Shown here in pieces: positions 48,571 through 51,443 of a stretch of 51,443 nucleotides of DNA. The stretch's first letter is position 1. Every line of letters begins with the position of its first letter. Source of the stretch: Trichosphaerium sp. ATCC 40318 (Eukaryota; Protista; Tubulinea); the NCBI GenBank assembly GCA_038496445.1, contig JALMLS010000111.1:1-51443 (forward strand). Direction: 5' to 3'. The notes beneath the pieces were generated by a model. That model was given only the letters and a program-made list of their open reading frames with translations, was not told the DNA's origin and made no database searches. The position numbers and the translations under genes were made by a program.

Positions 48571-51443
48571 AACCAAATGCCTATGTGCGATTGTTGCTGA
48601 CGTAAGATTTCATAGCCACTCTACAGCGAATAATAGACGAAGATCGCGACAAACGAAACCGTACGTTGAACGGAGTTTCTCTTGTTTAGTAGTATATTTC
48701 TGAACTTACAACGCTGATTATTTTTGTAGTTGCTGAATACAATAAAAAGGCGAAAGGGAAAAATCCTGTAACTGTACGACGTGTTGCAATATGTCGTCAA
48801 ATAGGATAAAGATTTTTTTCTTTTTCTCACTTCACGTGCTCTTGTTGGCGCCTATTTGAGCTTGCTATGCTTGCTTTATAGCGACATATTTTCGAACAAA
48901 TAGAACGCATTTGTAGTCGAACAGTTTTTCGGTTGACACGTTTGTTTAGCCTAAGGTTAGTGAAGCCGACGAAGAATTAGTTGTAAGTTGGGGTTTTTTT
49001 TGTCGTGCTGTTCTAATCTTGTTCTAGCTCGTCCTTCCATGGACTGTCTATATTCAATGGGATGGAGTTATTGCAACGTTTAAAGAAGGAAGAGATGCAG
49101 TAGTTGTAGCTGATGATAAAGACAAGCTAACAACACTTGTGGTAACTCCAACCTGTTATGTTTACTGTTGATCGCTAACTGTTTTTGCAGAGCTACTTCT
49201 TTGCAAAGCCTACAGACTCCACTCCTAGTACCCTATTACAATGAATACTATACCATACCAACTAACATTCTTTAGAACCCAGGGCAATGCAAAGAAACAT
49301 GAAAAAGTGGAATGGTGTATTCCCAAACAACTTTCTGGCAAAGGTACTTTTTTTTTGTCTTTTGTTCCGTTGTAGCTCCGTGGTTTTCAGTTTTATCATC
49401 ACCATTTATCATCAACATTTCACAAAAACCTTATCACATACAATACCAGTAAAGCTTCCACAGTGTGGTTGTGGAAGCACAGCTAACTTGAACGTAAAAC
49501 TTGTTCAACAAAAAATTTTCACCTGAGTTGCAAAACTTCCTCCCAAGTAGTGATTGTAGTTAAGCCGTGTGACAAGAATCTAGATTGTATTTTACTCTCT
49601 AATGACTACACTTAACAGCTTCAAGCACAACATTGTAAACTTTTTGTTTAGCGAGGTTTGAAGCTCAAAACTGTTTATGTCTAACTTTTTTTTTATTACT
49701 TTCTTGTACCAGCATGGACCGTTTTCTTACATCTTTTTAGGGAGGTCCATTCTCGTTCATGATAGACCAAGTATCAAACGCAAAGAAGCTCATATCAGAG
49801 ATAAAACTTATTAAGCCAGGGAACAGAATAATCTTGTACATGGCTTGTGGTCATTAACAACCATATTTTCACATTTTATTTTTCTGACTTTCTCATTTAG
49901 TACTAAGTGTGAGGTTCACACATTGATGTCTTTCTTCTTCCTTGGGTTCTTTGCAAAACAAAAGGACACTAAGATGAGCAGAGTATCAGAATTCAATGCA
50001 GGTGCATGGGTATTCTCTACACTTGTACAAAGACAACTTGTTGTTGCATTGACACATTACTTCAACCAATACAAGAATGTTTCAGACTTCAAAGATGATG
50101 ACAAGGACGTAATAATCAGGTGGCTACAGTTGATACCTAAAGGTAAAATAGTAGATAGATAGTACATATGTAATTGTTAACATTAGAAGATGCTACAGGA
50201 ACACCTCCAAATGTCCAAAAAAGTTGTGTTTTTGATGAACCTGATTGGGAGAATTCAAACCAACAACTTTGTGATCTTCAAGGTACAAGGTTTAAATTGT
50301 TTCATGGTCAACATATTTCATCTTTTAACTCTTTGTTCAAGTGGACCTTGAAGGTGGTCTTGAGGATGTTGATGGATCTTCTAAGATATGCTTTGCTGAT
50401 CCAACTCCTGGTGGAACAATATTATCTAGCAGTGGTTTGGTATGACTATCTTTCAATTTCAAGTATTTTGTTTACTAACTTATTTTTCTTGCAGCATTGG
50501 ACACAAGAGGTAGCATTGATATTTGGCTAGAAACTCTTCCCCATATTTACTTATTGATATCATAGGAATTAATGATGGGTATTTTCCCAGAGGTATTAAT
50601 GATGTTAGCGATAATACCGCACATTGATGACACGTGAGTCAAAACGACTTTTTCGTTTTGTTTGATGGAACTTTTATCTTCATTGTTACTGAAACGTTTA
50701 CTTTTAGGCAAGCTTGGTGTGTATCCAATGTGAATCGTTGTAGTGATTACAAAGGATATGATAGAAAGTTTAGGATCCAAAAGGAACCATCTAAGAATAA
50801 CGACCTTCATGAACTTATCGGCATTGATGGTAACTTTACTGTTTTTTTTTGAATTTCAATAGCTGATTTTTTCAACATTTACATTGTCATCATTGGCTGT
50901 TACTACTTGCTAATACCTTTCGTTTAGCAACAGTATTTGGGTCCAAAACAAAGGTAACGTGTTTCTTGTTTTCACCAAGTTGCATCTAAGAATATTTTAG
51001 GAAAGTTTATTGCGTGAATGTAATAAGGCTTACCTTGGATTTTCTTCAAGCTCAAACGACGTAATCGCCACTGGACATTGGTAAGCGTATAACAATTAGT
51101 AGCCATTATACTTACCAATATCAAAGGGGCGGTGGTGTATTCAAGGGTGACAAAACAGTTAAAGCACTCGTTCAACTCATTGCCGCATCTCAAGGTAAGT
51201 TTTTTATCACAAAGTTTTTGAAGAACGACTCACTTATATGCATCGCAGCAAGAAAAAAGCTTGTCTACAAAGCTTTCCGTGATGCTGATTTTAAAGATGG
51301 TCTGGACAAAACATACAAGATGTTAGTTGACAACAAAGTGACAGTAAGCTCATACACATTCAAATAATTTGAAGTATTACTTTTTGATGTTTTTTTTTTC
51401 AAGGTGAAACAATTGTATAAGTTGGTAGAGGAGGCTACAGGAG
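45868..51443. repeat. Large palindrome: arms of at least 2.7 kb, 171-bp spacer (48571-48741)
   Basis: ...gcctttttat (48570) mirrors ataaaaaggc... (48742); mirrored ORF coordinates sum to 97311-97312. Confidence 0.95.
48571..51443 (+). pseudogene. PARG copy 3, lacking exons 1-2 (spacer plus right palindrome arm); runs off the window
   Basis: Starts in the 3' end of intron 2; same exons as copy 1 up to the window edge. Confidence 0.75.

Noticed and set aside
1-51443. Alternative genetic code or non-canonical introns as the explanation for fragmented ORFs
   Set aside because: The kinase, vWA, PARG and repeat-nuclease genes splice into open frames with ordinary GT-AG introns and the standard code.
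1-51443. tRNA, rRNA or telomeric repeats
   Set aside because: None recognised by eye; a tRNAscan/Infernal run would be needed to exclude small RNAs.

Overview
AT-rich eukaryotic (protist, probably amoebozoan-like) genomic DNA with many short GT-AG introns (donors mostly GTACGT/GTGCGT/GTAAGT), so the ORF track is fragmentary. I spliced the genes by hand. The left end holds a Roco-type gene with an unusual architecture: about 13 MORN repeats, Roc GTPase, COR, a PARP-like ADP-ribosyltransferase with an intact H-Y-E triad, and a receiver-like domain. The right end holds a divergent PARG (poly-ADP-ribose glycohydrolase) locus: one full gene, two 5'-truncated copies forming a >5.5-kb palindrome, and a diverged 5' fragment between inverted repeats (Pack-MULE-like). 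Between them are giant-virus-style F-box-like/LRR and F-box-like/MORN2 genes with variable repeat modules and decayed relics, an inverted pair of vWA genes, a W/DDWY-repeat protein with a RAP/PD-(D/E)xK-like tail, a GHL15-like glycosidase, a type II membrane protein, an NDR/Dbf2 kinase, a small multi-exon DAP-like gene, scrambled ankyrin exons in both orientations, and MITEs with 8-bp TSDs. The best candidate for a new system is a repeat-sensor Roco-PARP 'writer' co-located with an amplified PARG 'eraser' in a fast-turnover, possibly immune-related region. The functional link is inference only. CACGTG is also strongly over-represented.
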